This document shows, in pieces, positions 9,602 to 19,377 of a stretch of 64,000 bases of DNA. The notes under the pieces were generated by a model. It did not search any database, was not told the DNA's origin, and was given only the letters and a program-made list of their open reading frames with translations. The stretch's first letter is position 1; every line of letters starts with the position of its first letter. The translations under genes and the position numbers were made by a program. The stretch spans positions 1-64,000 of the forward strand of contig NZ_MWQY01000007.1 in assembly GCF_002087085.1 (NCBI RefSeq), written 5' to 3'.

Positions 9602-11479
9602 TTACAGAGCCATGTTCATTATCCGGTTGAGGCGTTTTACGAACTCCGCCGGTTTTTTCAGCTCCGCCCCTTCGATCATCATGGCCTGCTCCAGAAGCAG
9701 GGTGGCCACGTCCTCCACCAGGGCTTTGTCGTCCTTTTTTGCCTCCAGCTTTTTAACGATCTCATGGTCCGGGTTGATCTCCAGGATCGGCTTGATCTCC
9801 GGCAGATCCTTCTGCCCCATGGCCTTCAGCATCTGCTGCATCTGCATGGAGGGGTCGGATTCGTCGGCGACGATGCAGGAGGGGGAATCAGAGAGCCGGC
9901 TGGATGCGACTACATCCTTTACCTTGTCTCCCAGGGCGTCCTTGATCTTCTTGATCAGGGGCTTTATCTCCTTCTCCTTCTTCTTGTCGTCCTCGGTCTT
10001 GAGGTCGTCGGAGGAACCGCTCTTGTTGATCGCCTTCAGGTCGATCTCCTCGTACTTGCCGATGGAGGGCACCACGATTTCATCGATCTCATCGTCCATT
10101 ACAAGAACCTCGATGCCCTTGGCCTTATAGGCTTCCAACAGGGGAGAGTTCCGCAGGGTCTCTTCTTTTTCGCCGGTTATGTAGTAGATCCCCTTCTGAT
10201 CCTCCTTCATGCGTTCCTTGTAGGCCTTCAGGCTGGTGTAGCCCTCGACCTCGGTGGACTTGAAACGTACAAGTTCGAGCAAAGTCTCCCGGTTGGCAAA
10301 GTCGGAGTAGAGCCCCTCCTTCAAAGGACGGTTGAACTGCTCGATAAACTCGGTGTACATCTCGGGATTGTTCTCGGCGATCCGCTGAAACTCGGAGAGA
10401 AGCTTCTTGGCGGAAGAACCCGTTATGGATGAGAGGATCCGGTTCTGCTGCAGGATTTCCCTGCTGACGTTCAGGGGCAGGTCTTCGGAGTCGATTATTC
10501 CCCGTACAAAACGCAGGTAAACCGGCAGCAGCTCTTTTTCGTCGTCGGTAATGAATACCCGTTTTACGTAGAGTTTGACGCCGGGCTTGTAGTCAGCCTG
10601 GTACAGGTCGAAGGGCGCCTTCTTGGGTACATAGAAAAGAGTGGTGTATTCCTGGGTCCCCTCGGCCTGGGTGTGGAGCCAGAACAGGGGCTCATCGTAG
10701 TCATGGGTAAGGGTTTTGTAAAACTCCTTGTAATCTTCATCGCTGAGTTCCGACTTGGGACGCTTCCACATGGCGGAGGCGGAGTTGATCTGTTCGACCT
10801 TCTGCTCCTTCTTTTCCTTCCGCTTTTCCCCTTCCCCTTCGTATTCGGTGGCGGTATAGTGAAGGAAAATAGGGAAGGCCACGTGGTTGGAATACTTCTT
10901 GATTACCTGTTCGATCTGCCAGCGGCCGGTATACTCCTTGCCCTCTTCGTTCAGATGCAGGGTAACGGTGGTCCCGAAACTCTCCCGCTCCGCCGGGGTA
11001 ATCTCGTAGGCGCCCTTGCCGTCGGAAACCCATTTATAGGCTGTATCCTCACCGGCTTTGCGGGAGATAACCTCCACCGAGTCGGCTACCATAAAGCTGG
11101 AGTAGAATCCCACTCCGAACTGACCGATCAGGTTGGAATCCTTTTTGGCGTCCCCCGTCAGCTTGCCCAGGAAGTTTTTGGTCCCGGATCGGGCGATGGT
11201 TCCCAGGTTTTCAACCAGGTCCTCTTCGTTCATACCGATTCCGTTATCGGAGACCGTCAAGGTCGGTTTGTCACCCTCGGTATAACTGATGTCCACCCGG
11301 GGATCAAAGGTGAGTTTCTTGAACTCGTCCTGGGTAAGGGTAAGGTATTTCAGTTTGTCCAGTGCGTCCGAAGCGTTGGATATAAGCTCCCGCAGGAATA
11401 TTTCCTTGTGTGAATAGAGCGAGTGAATAATCAGATGCAGAAGCTGGGATACTTCGGTCTGAAACTGGTGTTTCGACAT
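9602..11479 (-). CDS. htpG: Molecular chaperone HtpG (Hsp90)
   Basis: FLRELISNASDA, DNGIGM, IGQFGVGFYS and LPLNVSRE motifs. Confidence 0.98.
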   Translation of the reverse strand: MSKHQFQTEVSQLLHLIIHSLYSHKEIFLRELISNASDALDKLKYLTLTQDEFKKLTFDPRVDISYTEGDKPTLTVSDNGIGMNEEDLVENLGTIARSGTKNFLGKLTGDAKKDSNLIGQFGVGFYSSFMVADSVEVISRKAGEDTAYKWVSDGKGAYEITPAERESFGTTVTLHLNEEGKEYTGRWQIEQVIKKYSNHVAFPIFLHYTATEYEGEGEKRKEKKEQKVEQINSASAMWKRPKSELSDEDYKEFYKTLTHDYDEPLFWLHTQAEGTQEYTTLFYVPKKAPFDLYQADYKPGVKLYVKRVFITDDEKELLPVYLRFVRGIIDSEDLPLNVSREILQQNRILSSITGSSAKKLLSEFQRIAENNPEMYTEFIEQFNRPLKEGLYSDFANRETLLELVRFKSTEVEGYTSLKAYKERMKEDQKGIYYITGEKEETLRNSPLLEAYKAKGIEVLVMDDEIDEIVVPSIGKYEEIDLKAINKSGSSDDLKTEDDKKKEKEIKPLIKKIKDALGDKVKDVVASSRLSDSPSCIVADESDPSMQMQQMLKAMGQKDLPEIKPILEINPDHEIVKKLEAKKDDKALVEDVATLLLEQAMMIEGAELKKPAEFVKRLNRIMNMAL

Positions 11480-11567
11480 TTCCGTGCTCTCCTCTTGGTG
11501 CAGATAAAAGATATAGATGTTGTGTTTGGCGGAAATATACTAGCCGGGGGACAAAAATTCAAGAAAA

Positions 11568-11596
11568 TTGAAATGCCCCCCCGCCTGTACTATACT
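11568..11596 (+). promoter_or_regulatory. sigma70-type promoter
   Basis: TTGAAA-17 bp-TATACT upstream of 11652. Confidence 0.6.
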
Positions 11597-11651
11597 TTTA
11601 TTCGTATACTGGGGATATTTCTGCCTGAAAATCGTCATAACGAGGCGCTGA

Positions 11652-14387
11652 ATGAAAAGAGTACTCTTACCGCTTTCCCTGATCCTGGTTCTGTTAGTTG
11701 CCGGATGCAGCAAAAGGGAACCTGAGCCTAAGACCTCGACAGCAATTGTCCCCTCTCCGACGGTCGTATCTCAGGAGCTCCCTCCGGTTGAAGCTCCTGC
11801 TCTGGATGAGGGAATAATCGCCTACATAAGCGGCGAGGTGGATATAGCCGACGAAAGCGGCTGGTTTCCGGCGGAAATCGGCGACCTGATTACCCCCGCC
11901 GACAGGATCAGAACCGCCGCGGACTCGAGCTGCGAGATACAGTTCGGCAGAATCGCTGTTATCAGCCTTCAGGAAAACACGGAAATCGACATCAGCCGTA
12001 TCAATCTTACACCGGAGTCATCAAAGGTCGGAATCGCCATGGCGGCAGGAACGGTGCTCTCCAAGGTGCAGAAACTTTCAGGCTCGGACAGCTTCAGCGT
12101 TCGGACCCAGTCCGCGGTATGCGGTGTGCGGGGAACCGAATTCAGCGTTAGCACCGATGCCTCCGGGCAGTCGGTCTTCGCAGTCAAGGAGGGGAGCGTT
12201 GCAATCCTCTCCCCCGATATAGATACGGAGGAACTGAAGGATCAGCTTGCCGGTCAGGATGCTGAAACGGAGGAGCTTATCGATCAGCTGCTGGAAACAG
12301 CTCCCCGGGTGGAAGCCAACCAGGAAATAACCCTGGGACCTGACTTTGCCGAGGAGACCAGAGAGGCGGCGGAATCCATAAAGCGGAGCGTAACTGAAAT
12401 TGCAGCGGCGGAGAGCCCTGAAGAGCGGGAGGAAAAAACCCGTGATCTGGCGGCGGCGACGGCGCAGACTGCCCGGATACTCAGAACCGAAAGCTCAGGC
12501 CCCGCGGAAATATCCCCGGAAAAGAGGGAGGTCCTCAAGCAGACCGACAAGATGAGGATCCTGGAGATCCCCGTGGCAGCCGCAAAAGACGGCGGATCTG
12601 AACTGCCGAAAATAAGGCTCCACAAAATTGCCGTCAAGGCAGATCCGGCGGACGTCGAGATTCTGCTGAACGGGGAGAGGGCCGGAAAAGGAAGCTACTC
12701 GGCCCTTTTTGAGGAGGGGAGCAGCCTCTCCTTTACCCTGCGGAGGGACGGATACGCTGAGTACCAGCTTGCCATCTCCGTGAGCTCAGATTCAGCCAGG
12801 CTCTACAACGTCAAGCTGGCCTCACTTTCCTCCCAGGCTCCCACACCGCCGGCGGCCCCCCAGGTACCTCCTGCCTCTTCCGCTCCTGAACCCCAAACCG
12901 AGGCGGCACCGGAGGCGCAGTCTGTGCCTGCACGTTCGGAAGAACCTCAGCCCCGGGCAGAGACAGTGCCCCCTGCCGCAGTGGCAGCCGCCCCTGCACC
13001 TCCAGCTCCTGAATCTCCTCCGCCTGCTCCCGCAGCGGCGAGCCCCCGGACGGAAGTCCCCCGGCAACCCGCCCCCCGGCCACAGCCTGTATCGCAGTCG
13101 GAGCCGACAGCCCGGACCGAAGCGGAAATACCGGCTCAGCCGGAGCCGCCATCGGAACCCAGGCCCGCACCTGCAGGGCCCGAAACAGTCCGGATAAGCC
13201 TTACAGCATCGCCGGCAGACGCCCTGGTTCAGCTTGACAGGGGCATCAGCGGCACCGGCCGGGCAAGCGTCGAAGCCATGCCGGGAGACCGACTTTCCGT
13301 TACCGTAAGCCGCCGGGGTTTTACTGAAGAAAGAATCACCCTGGAGGTCGGAGACAGCCCGGTAAGCAGACATATAGTCCTGCAGGAACAACCTGTACTG
13401 TTCAGCAGTTCAGCCTCTCAGACAATCCTTATCGGGTTGGCAGCTTCTGACGGCCTTTTACTGGCCTCGGACGCCCGGGGGACACTCAGTGCAGTAGACC
13501 TGGACGGAAAAATCCTGTGGAGGACAGAGAGTTCCAATCGGCCCAACGAAAATAACCTCCCGGTAGTTGCAGGCACCAGACTTGTCTTCTCCGGCAGCAG
13601 GGAGCTTTTGATCGCCGATCTTGTAACGGGAAAGGCACTGCAGCGGATCCCCCTCCAGAGCAGCCGCTCCCACCTCTTTGGGCGGAGGGCCGTCCCCTAT
13701 CAGGACAAAATCCTCTACCCCGCCAACAAATCCCTGGACTTCCTCGATCCCGCCACCGGCTCCTTCAGCAGATTTGCCGATCTCGGGACCGCCGGATCCA
13801 GGATGAGCCCCGGGATTTATCGTGACATGATTCTGATTGCGGACCAGGAAGGAACCTTTCTTATGATTGGTGCCGGCGGAAGGCTGGAAACATCTATCCC
13901 CACCGGTGCCCTGCAGCCTCTTGCCCAGGCTGTTTCAGTTCATGGTGACCGTGCCGTATTTTCCGGACGCCGGGGAGATGTGGTCTGCCTGGATCTGCAA
14001 AAAAGAGTTGTGATCTGGGAAAAAAGCCTCGGGGACACCGGCGTAGCCATCGCTACAGATATCGCTGTGGGTGATTCGGGCATCTATCCCTATGGCATGG
14101 ACGGGACCATATACGGACTCGATCCGGATGACGGTACCGAGCTTTTCACCCCAATCCGCGGCGCAGCCACACCTCCCCTGATCCTGGACGGGGGCCGGCA
14201 ATTCGTCTACGGCACCCGGGACCGTAAGCTGATTATCGCTGCGGCAGATACGGGAACAACCAGTAAGAGCCTTGACCTGACGGAACAGGCCTCCACACGG
14301 CCGGTAATAATTCCCGGGGACAGCCTGATTGCCCTGGGGACCAGAGAGGGACACGTTATTCTGATCGAACCCGCGGGTATACGCTAA
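11652..14387 (+). CDS. Lipoprotein with FecR-like domain, PEGA-like domains, Pro/Ala-rich linker and PQQ-like beta-propeller
   Basis: Lipobox VAGC; AVCGVRGTEFSV (FecR signature); P/A-rich linker; G..LW propeller repeats. Confidence 0.8.
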   Translation: MKRVLLPLSLILVLLVAGCSKREPEPKTSTAIVPSPTVVSQELPPVEAPALDEGIIAYISGEVDIADESGWFPAEIGDLITPADRIRTAADSSCEIQFGRIAVISLQENTEIDISRINLTPESSKVGIAMAAGTVLSKVQKLSGSDSFSVRTQSAVCGVRGTEFSVSTDASGQSVFAVKEGSVAILSPDIDTEELKDQLAGQDAETEELIDQLLETAPRVEANQEITLGPDFAEETREAAESIKRSVTEIAAAESPEEREEKTRDLAAATAQTARILRTESSGPAEISPEKREVLKQTDKMRILEIPVAAAKDGGSELPKIRLHKIAVKADPADVEILLNGERAGKGSYSALFEEGSSLSFTLRRDGYAEYQLAISVSSDSARLYNVKLASLSSQAPTPPAAPQVPPASSAPEPQTEAAPEAQSVPARSEEPQPRAETVPPAAVAAAPAPPAPESPPPAPAAASPRTEVPRQPAPRPQPVSQSEPTARTEAEIPAQPEPPSEPRPAPAGPETVRISLTASPADALVQLDRGISGTGRASVEAMPGDRLSVTVSRRGFTEERITLEVGDSPVSRHIVLQEQPVLFSSSASQTILIGLAASDGLLLASDARGTLSAVDLDGKILWRTESSNRPNENNLPVVAGTRLVFSGSRELLIADLVTGKALQRIPLQSSRSHLFGRRAVPYQDKILYPANKSLDFLDPATGSFSRFADLGTAGSRMSPGIYRDMILIADQEGTFLMIGAGGRLETSIPTGALQPLAQAVSVHGDRAVFSGRRGDVVCLDLQKRVVIWEKSLGDTGVAIATDIAVGDSGIYPYGMDGTIYGLDPDDGTELFTPIRGAATPPLILDGGRQFVYGTRDRKLIIAAADTGTTSKSLDLTEQASTRPVIIPGDSLIALGTREGHVILIEPAGIR

Positions 14388-14422
14388 TCTAAACGTAAAC
14401 TTCAGAAGGCAGCAATTCTCAC

Positions 14423-14479
14423 TTGACAGTCGAATAATTATTCGATAATATCGACTCATTCTCTCGAATATTTATTCGA
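14423..14479 (+). promoter_or_regulatory. Promoter with two palindromic TetR-type operators
   Basis: TTGACA (14423)-17 bp-TAATAT; perfect palindrome TCGAATAATTATTCGA at 14430-14445 and a one-mismatch copy TCGAATATTTATTCGA at 14464-14479. Confidence 0.8.
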
Positions 14480-14493
14480 CAACAGGAGGAACA

Positions 14494-15108
14494 GTGAAAG
14501 ACCGGATTGTAAGCGCCGCCATTGAACTGCTGAACGAACTCGGCCCTCACAAGGTTACCACGAACCATATTATCGACGCCCTGGGAATCAGTCCCGGTAC
14601 CCTGTATTACCACTACCGGAACAGGGAACAGATCATCCTCTCCATATTCCAGCGGATCACCGAAGATTTCGACGCCCTTTTTGTAGAGAATCCCGTCTCG
14701 GGAGAAATTACGGGGCTTCTTTCGATGATAGAACAGATCTACCGTTTGTATTTCAAATACCGGTTTTTCTATATGAACCTGTCCATGCTTCTGGACCGGG
14801 ACCCGGTCCTCGCGGAGGCATACCGGGAAAACTACCGGATAAAGCGGAAAAAACTGGAGAAACTCTTTTCATCCCTGGAGAAACAGGGACTTATTCGGCC
14901 CTTTGAATCACCGGAGGAGAAGGATATCTTCCTTCAGAATCAGTGGCTCATCAACGATTACTGGCTCGGATTCCAGAAAGCAGTTGGCATAAGGGATGCC
15001 GAAGAAATGATCGGCAAGGGGATCCGTGGCTACCTGGCTTTCATCCGTGAATACTTGACGCCCCGGGGCCGGAGTGCCCTGGTCACCAGACATAACGATA
15101 CAGACTGA
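14494..15108 (+). CDS. TetR/AcrR family transcriptional regulator
   Basis: N-terminal HTH: A.EL.NE.G...TT..I...LGISPGTLYYHY. Confidence 0.93.
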   Translation: MKDRIVSAAIELLNELGPHKVTTNHIIDALGISPGTLYYHYRNREQIILSIFQRITEDFDALFVENPVSGEITGLLSMIEQIYRLYFKYRFFYMNLSMLLDRDPVLAEAYRENYRIKRKKLEKLFSSLEKQGLIRPFESPEEKDIFLQNQWLINDYWLGFQKAVGIRDAEEMIGKGIRGYLAFIREYLTPRGRSALVTRHNDTD

Positions 15109-15119
15109 GGAGAAAAAAC

Positions 15120-15866
15120 ATGAAACGAATAATACCGGTGCTGATATTCCTGCTCGCTGCAGCAGGGCTGACGGCAGAACCGGATCAGAAAACCGGTCCG
15201 GAGGCAGGCAACGGGATGCTGCAGATCCGCATTGAAGAAGGAGAGCACTACCTGCACAGGGTACCGGTCTTTCTATTTATCGCAGTAAAGGCGCCGACCC
15301 AGCTTGCCCTCTGGCTTGAGGACATGGATGGCAATTTTATACGGACCCTCTTTGTCACCAGCAGGACAGCCCTGTCCGACTGGCGAAAAGCCCCGGGGGA
15401 CAAGACTCAGAAGGAGAATTTACGGCGTCCCGAAAGCCTTCCCCTGTGGACCCACAGGAGCACCGGCAGCACGGCAGATCGATGGGACGGGCCCCTGCCA
15501 GGGGTGGACGCGGTAAGCTCGGCGACACCGAAAAGCGGTTTCAGCATACAGGCAGATCTTCCCGAAGGAGTGTCGCGCTTCAGGATCCTGGCAGAGGTGA
15601 ACGCCTCTCTCGATTTTAACCATTCGTATCCCGAAGAGGCGGAAAAGGGGTCTTCGAGATATTCCGGAGGTCCCTGGGGGAGCGGACAGCCGGCCCTTGT
15701 CTATGCCGCCGAAGTGGATAGATCTGAAACCGGCGCCGGACCGCTTGAACTGGAACTGCAGGGACATTCCAGTCCCGACGGCTCCACCGGCGAACTCTAC
15801 ACGGATATGGACGGGATAACGACAGCGCGTGAGATTATCGGTAAAATTGAAGCGGAGCTTCGATAG
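15120..15866 (+). CDS. Secreted DUF2271-like protein
   Basis: Signal peptide; QLALWLED.DGNFIRTLFVT, RPESLPLW and DAVSSATP motifs. Confidence 0.65.
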   Translation: MKRIIPVLIFLLAAAGLTAEPDQKTGPEAGNGMLQIRIEEGEHYLHRVPVFLFIAVKAPTQLALWLEDMDGNFIRTLFVTSRTALSDWRKAPGDKTQKENLRRPESLPLWTHRSTGSTADRWDGPLPGVDAVSSATPKSGFSIQADLPEGVSRFRILAEVNASLDFNHSYPEEAEKGSSRYSGGPWGSGQPALVYAAEVDRSETGAGPLELELQGHSSPDGSTGELYTDMDGITTAREIIGKIEAELR

Positions 15867-15875
15867 TCACCGCAG

Positions 15876-16472
15876 CTAAATAAGGATAAAAACCACGGAA
15901 GCTGCGGTCATGCCTCCCAACAGCATCCGCACCCCCCTTGCATAGCGGGCCGAACTCATCAGGCGGCCGAGCAGGGTCCCGAAGCCGGCCCAGACCGATA
16001 TTGCCAGGGGGGTTATTATCAGAAAGAAGAGGATAATGAGAAGGGCAGACGGCAGAAACAGCTCCCCCTGCACGGGGTACACCGACATGGCGGTGATGGA
16101 CATTATGTAGGCCTTGGGATTCAGGTACTGAAAACCCGCCCCTGCCATTAGACCCAGGGGCTGCTCCGCCTCTTTCCCATGTTTTTCCTTGCCGGGAGTA
16201 AAGGCAATCCGGTACGCCAGATACACCAGATACAGGACCCCGAATACCTTCAGCAGCCCCTTCAGGACAGGAATACTCTCAAAGAGGACTCCCAGGCCCA
16301 GGGCGCTTAAAACAAGCTGGCTGATTATCCCCAGGACAATTCCCCCGATCAGGGGAAGGGTTCGCCGGTAGCCGAAGCGTGCTCCCGAAGCTGTGAGCAG
16401 CATGTTGTTGGGCCCGGGGGTTATGGTCATGGAAAGGGTAAATAGAAAAACCGGAAGGATAATAGCGTACAT
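15876..16472 (-). CDS. LysE/RhtB family amino-acid exporter
   Basis: TPGPNN, G.RFG and FQYLNPKA motifs; hydrophobic; start after GGAGG. Confidence 0.9.
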   Translation of the reverse strand: MYAIILPVFLFTLSMTITPGPNNMLLTASGARFGYRRTLPLIGGIVLGIISQLVLSALGLGVLFESIPVLKGLLKVFGVLYLVYLAYRIAFTPGKEKHGKEAEQPLGLMAGAGFQYLNPKAYIMSITAMSVYPVQGELFLPSALLIILFFLIITPLAISVWAGFGTLLGRLMSSARYARGVRMLLGGMTAASVVFILI

Positions 16473-16521
16473 GGAAACCTCCATACTCTTTTCGTCAGAG
16501 AATAGAAGATCCGGGAGAACA

Positions 16522-16559
16522 ATAACAGATACAGATATTTGATTTAACGACCATAACAG
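16522..16559. promoter_or_regulatory. Probable MocR-type regulator binding repeats
   Basis: ATAACAG at 16522 and 16553, plus ATACAG at 16529, in the divergent LysE/MocR spacer. Confidence 0.45.
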
Positions 16560-16572
16560 TTTAAACTTTCCT

Positions 16573-18015
16573 ATGGCTTTTTCCCCGGATTCACGGCGCT
16601 TCCTCTATGAGAAGATAGCCGACAGTATTTCCGATGCAATCGACTCGGGATCAATACATTACGGCGAGAAACTCCCCTCTTTGAGAAAAATGAGCTCCCG
16701 TTTCAGGTGTTCGGTTTCTGTAATAATGCAGGCCTATGAGCAGCTGGAACGTCTGGGAAAAGCATGTTCCATTGAAAGATCAGGGTTTTACGCTACCTGC
16801 CCGCGAAACGGACAAGCTCCGGAGCCGGAAGCCGAAACCTACACCCTGAAACGTGAGGATGCAAAACCGGTCAGCATAATCGGCCGAATCGTCGAGGCAA
16901 GCAACGACACCACGATTCTGCCCCTGGGAGCGGGAATCCCCGATAATGGCCTGCTCCCCTTGCGCAGTCTTCGTCAGTCGATAAACCGGGTCATGCGGGG
17001 GCGCCCCGGCATACTCCGGGAATACAGCAACGAGGCGGGCAGCGCCGCTCTGCGCACCCGGATCGCCCGCAAAATGCTGGACAGAGGTGTAAACGTGCCG
17101 GCAGATGAGATCCTCATCACCAACGGATGCATAGAAGCCCTGAGTCTCGCGCTTCAGGTCTGCACCGGGGTCGGGGATCCCGTGGCCATTGAAAGCCCGG
17201 TTTTTCTGGGAACCCTTCAGCTTCTGAACGAGCTGGGCAGAAAGGTAGTCCCCATACCTACTTCCGCGCGGGACGGAATGGACCTGGAGAGCCTGGAAAC
17301 AGTACTGAAAAAGGGGGAAGCAAAAGCTGTTGTTACCACCGCGATTTTCCAGAATCCCCTGGGGTTTCTTCAGCCGGAGGAAAAACGGAAAAAAATGGCG
17401 GAGATGGCGCACAAATACACAGTTCCGCTCATCGAGGATGATATCTACAGCGACTCATCCTTCAACCATGAAGTCTTTCCGCCAATAAAAAGTTTCGACA
17501 CCCGGGGAAATGTTCTCTACTGCGCCTCCGTCTCCAAGACCCTGGGACCGGGGATGAGAATCGGCTGGCTGATGGGAGGAAGGTTTCACAGCCGCTGCAG
17601 GACCCTTAAAACCGCCCTCAGCCTGGGCGGGAGCCCTCTTCTGCAGGAAGGGCTGGCGGACTTTCTCAGCATGGGATCCTATACACGCCATATCCGGAGG
17701 CTTCAGACAGCGATGGCCGGTCAGGCACGGGAGACCAAACAGCTCCTGTTGGGCGCCCTTCCCCCGGGAACGGCCATAAGTGATCCCCGGGGAGGCTACT
17801 ACTTCTGGGTGGAACTACCCGGAAAAATAGATTCCCTGCAACTCTTCGAAACCGCCCTGAAGGAGGGAATCGGCATTGTTCCCGGCCAGGCCTTCAGTTC
17901 AGGCGACCGCCATAAGAACTGTATCCGCGTCAGCTACGGTTCACCCGTTACCCGGGCAACCCGGGAAGGCATAGAGAAACTCGGATCCGTCATTGAGAAA
18001 GCGATCAGGATGTAG
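16573..18015 (+). CDS. GntR/MocR family PLP-dependent transcriptional regulator
   Basis: N-terminal wHTH (GEKLPSLR...AYEQL) plus aminotransferase-like domain (EDDIY, SKTL.PG.RIGW). Confidence 0.93.
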   Translation: MAFSPDSRRFLYEKIADSISDAIDSGSIHYGEKLPSLRKMSSRFRCSVSVIMQAYEQLERLGKACSIERSGFYATCPRNGQAPEPEAETYTLKREDAKPVSIIGRIVEASNDTTILPLGAGIPDNGLLPLRSLRQSINRVMRGRPGILREYSNEAGSAALRTRIARKMLDRGVNVPADEILITNGCIEALSLALQVCTGVGDPVAIESPVFLGTLQLLNELGRKVVPIPTSARDGMDLESLETVLKKGEAKAVVTTAIFQNPLGFLQPEEKRKKMAEMAHKYTVPLIEDDIYSDSSFNHEVFPPIKSFDTRGNVLYCASVSKTLGPGMRIGWLMGGRFHSRCRTLKTALSLGGSPLLQEGLADFLSMGSYTRHIRRLQTAMAGQARETKQLLLGALPPGTAISDPRGGYYFWVELPGKIDSLQLFETALKEGIGIVPGQAFSSGDRHKNCIRVSYGSPVTRATREGIEKLGSVIEKAIRM

Positions 18016-18029
18016 TAAAAAGAGAGATC

Positions 18030-18623
18030 ATGTTCGTACCGACCCAATCCCGTGCAGCCGAACTGGAAATAAAAAAGTCACTGTTTCTTGCGGCCGCCCA
18101 TCCGGTCAGCTCCGAGGATGAGGCAAAGGAAATTATCCGCAGAACCAGGGAGGAACACCCCAAAAGCTCCCACGTGGTGTGGGCCTTCGTTCTGGGAGAC
18201 GAAAACACCCAGCATCTGGGAATGTCCGACGACGGGGAACCCAGGGGAACCGCCGGCAAGCCCGCCCTCTCGACCCTGCAGTACAGCGGACTTACAAACA
18301 TCCTGGTATGCATCGTACGCTACTTCGGGGGAACAAAGCTGGGCACCGGCGGGCTGGTCAAGGCCTATACCGACTCCACGAAGGCCGTAATCGACGATAT
18401 TCCCCGGAAACTCCTCGTGGAGGAGACTGTCCTGGGACTGCGCTTTGGATATCACTATTACGAAGGAATCAGGAAGGTGCTGGGGGAATACAAGGCCCGA
18501 ATCGAGGCCGAGGACTTCGGTACGGAAGTGTCCCTGAAGCTCTGTATTGAAACAGAGCACGCCGGGGAGCTGAAGCAGGCCCTTGGAGAACTCACCAGCG
18601 GAAGCGTGGTTATTACAGCCTGA
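18030..18623 (+). CDS. YigZ/IMPACT family protein
   Basis: SDDGEPRGTAG and RYFGGTKLGTGGLVKAY motifs. Confidence 0.92.
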   Translation: MFVPTQSRAAELEIKKSLFLAAAHPVSSEDEAKEIIRRTREEHPKSSHVVWAFVLGDENTQHLGMSDDGEPRGTAGKPALSTLQYSGLTNILVCIVRYFGGTKLGTGGLVKAYTDSTKAVIDDIPRKLLVEETVLGLRFGYHYYEGIRKVLGEYKARIEAEDFGTEVSLKLCIETEHAGELKQALGELTSGSVVITA

Positions 18624-19377
18624 TTCCTGATAATGGAAGCATAATCTCGCTGTCTCCGTTATATGCAGTAAAAGAATCAGTCACAGCAGCGGCATCGGGA
18701 ACCGAGGCGTAATCTCCGGCAGTCGGTGTACCGGAAGAGTCCATATCGAGAAAAGCAAAATAGGTGTAGCTCTGCCCCGGGGTGAGGAAAAAGCAGAGAA
18801 TGTTCAGGGCCGCAGGGCTGGTAATCGGGATTGAGATATCCGGATTCATAACCGTAAAATCCATGGTGCCGCTTCCCGCAATTAACTGCAAATAGAGAGG
18901 TCGGTCCGGTGCCGGCAGTTCGGGAATCCGGTAATCAAACCGCAGGAAGCTGCGGCTGTCCGGGCTGAAGGGCACCGACTGGGATGTATCATTCACAAAG
19001 CCGTACAGTTCAAGGGTTTGGCCCTTTTTGGGCGTCAGCTCTATAACCGGCCAGAACTGATCGTTGACAGTGGCCATATTATCGTCCACGGTATCCTCGA
19101 GCACATACAGGTAATAACGATCCAGGGCATCCGACTCAGATACATCCAGCAGAGCAACATCCCGGACGGAAGCCATGGGAACAATCGAAGTCGACAGGTT
19201 TACACTGGCCCCCCAGGTGGGAATAAAGAATTCCGATGACAGGGTCAGAAAAACCTCTCCAGTACCGGCGGAATTATCATAGTCCCTGAGAATAACCTTC
19301 GTTCGCTCCTCCCTGCCACAGCCGGTAAGCAGCACAATAAAGATGAAAAGGAAAAATACAGCAGATCGCTTCATCAC
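18613..19377 (-). CDS. Hypothetical lipoprotein
   Basis: Lipobox LLTGC; C-terminal FLDMDSSG...GD Ca-binding-like motif; overlaps the upstream gene. Confidence 0.7.
   Translation of the reverse strand: MMKRSAVFFLFIFIVLLTGCGREERTKVILRDYDNSAGTGEVFLTLSSEFFIPTWGASVNLSTSIVPMASVRDVALLDVSESDALDRYYLYVLEDTVDDNMATVNDQFWPVIELTPKKGQTLELYGFVNDTSQSVPFSPDSRSFLRFDYRIPELPAPDRPLYLQLIAGSGTMDFTVMNPDISIPITSPAALNILCFFLTPGQSYTYFAFLDMDSSGTPTAGDYASVPDAAAVTDSFTAYNGDSEIMLPLSGIRL

Noticed and set aside
12830..13190. Repetitive GC-rich stretch as a CRISPR or tandem array
   Set aside because: Low-complexity Pro/Ala coding linker with no fixed repeat-spacer pattern. No CRISPR array was seen anywhere in the window.
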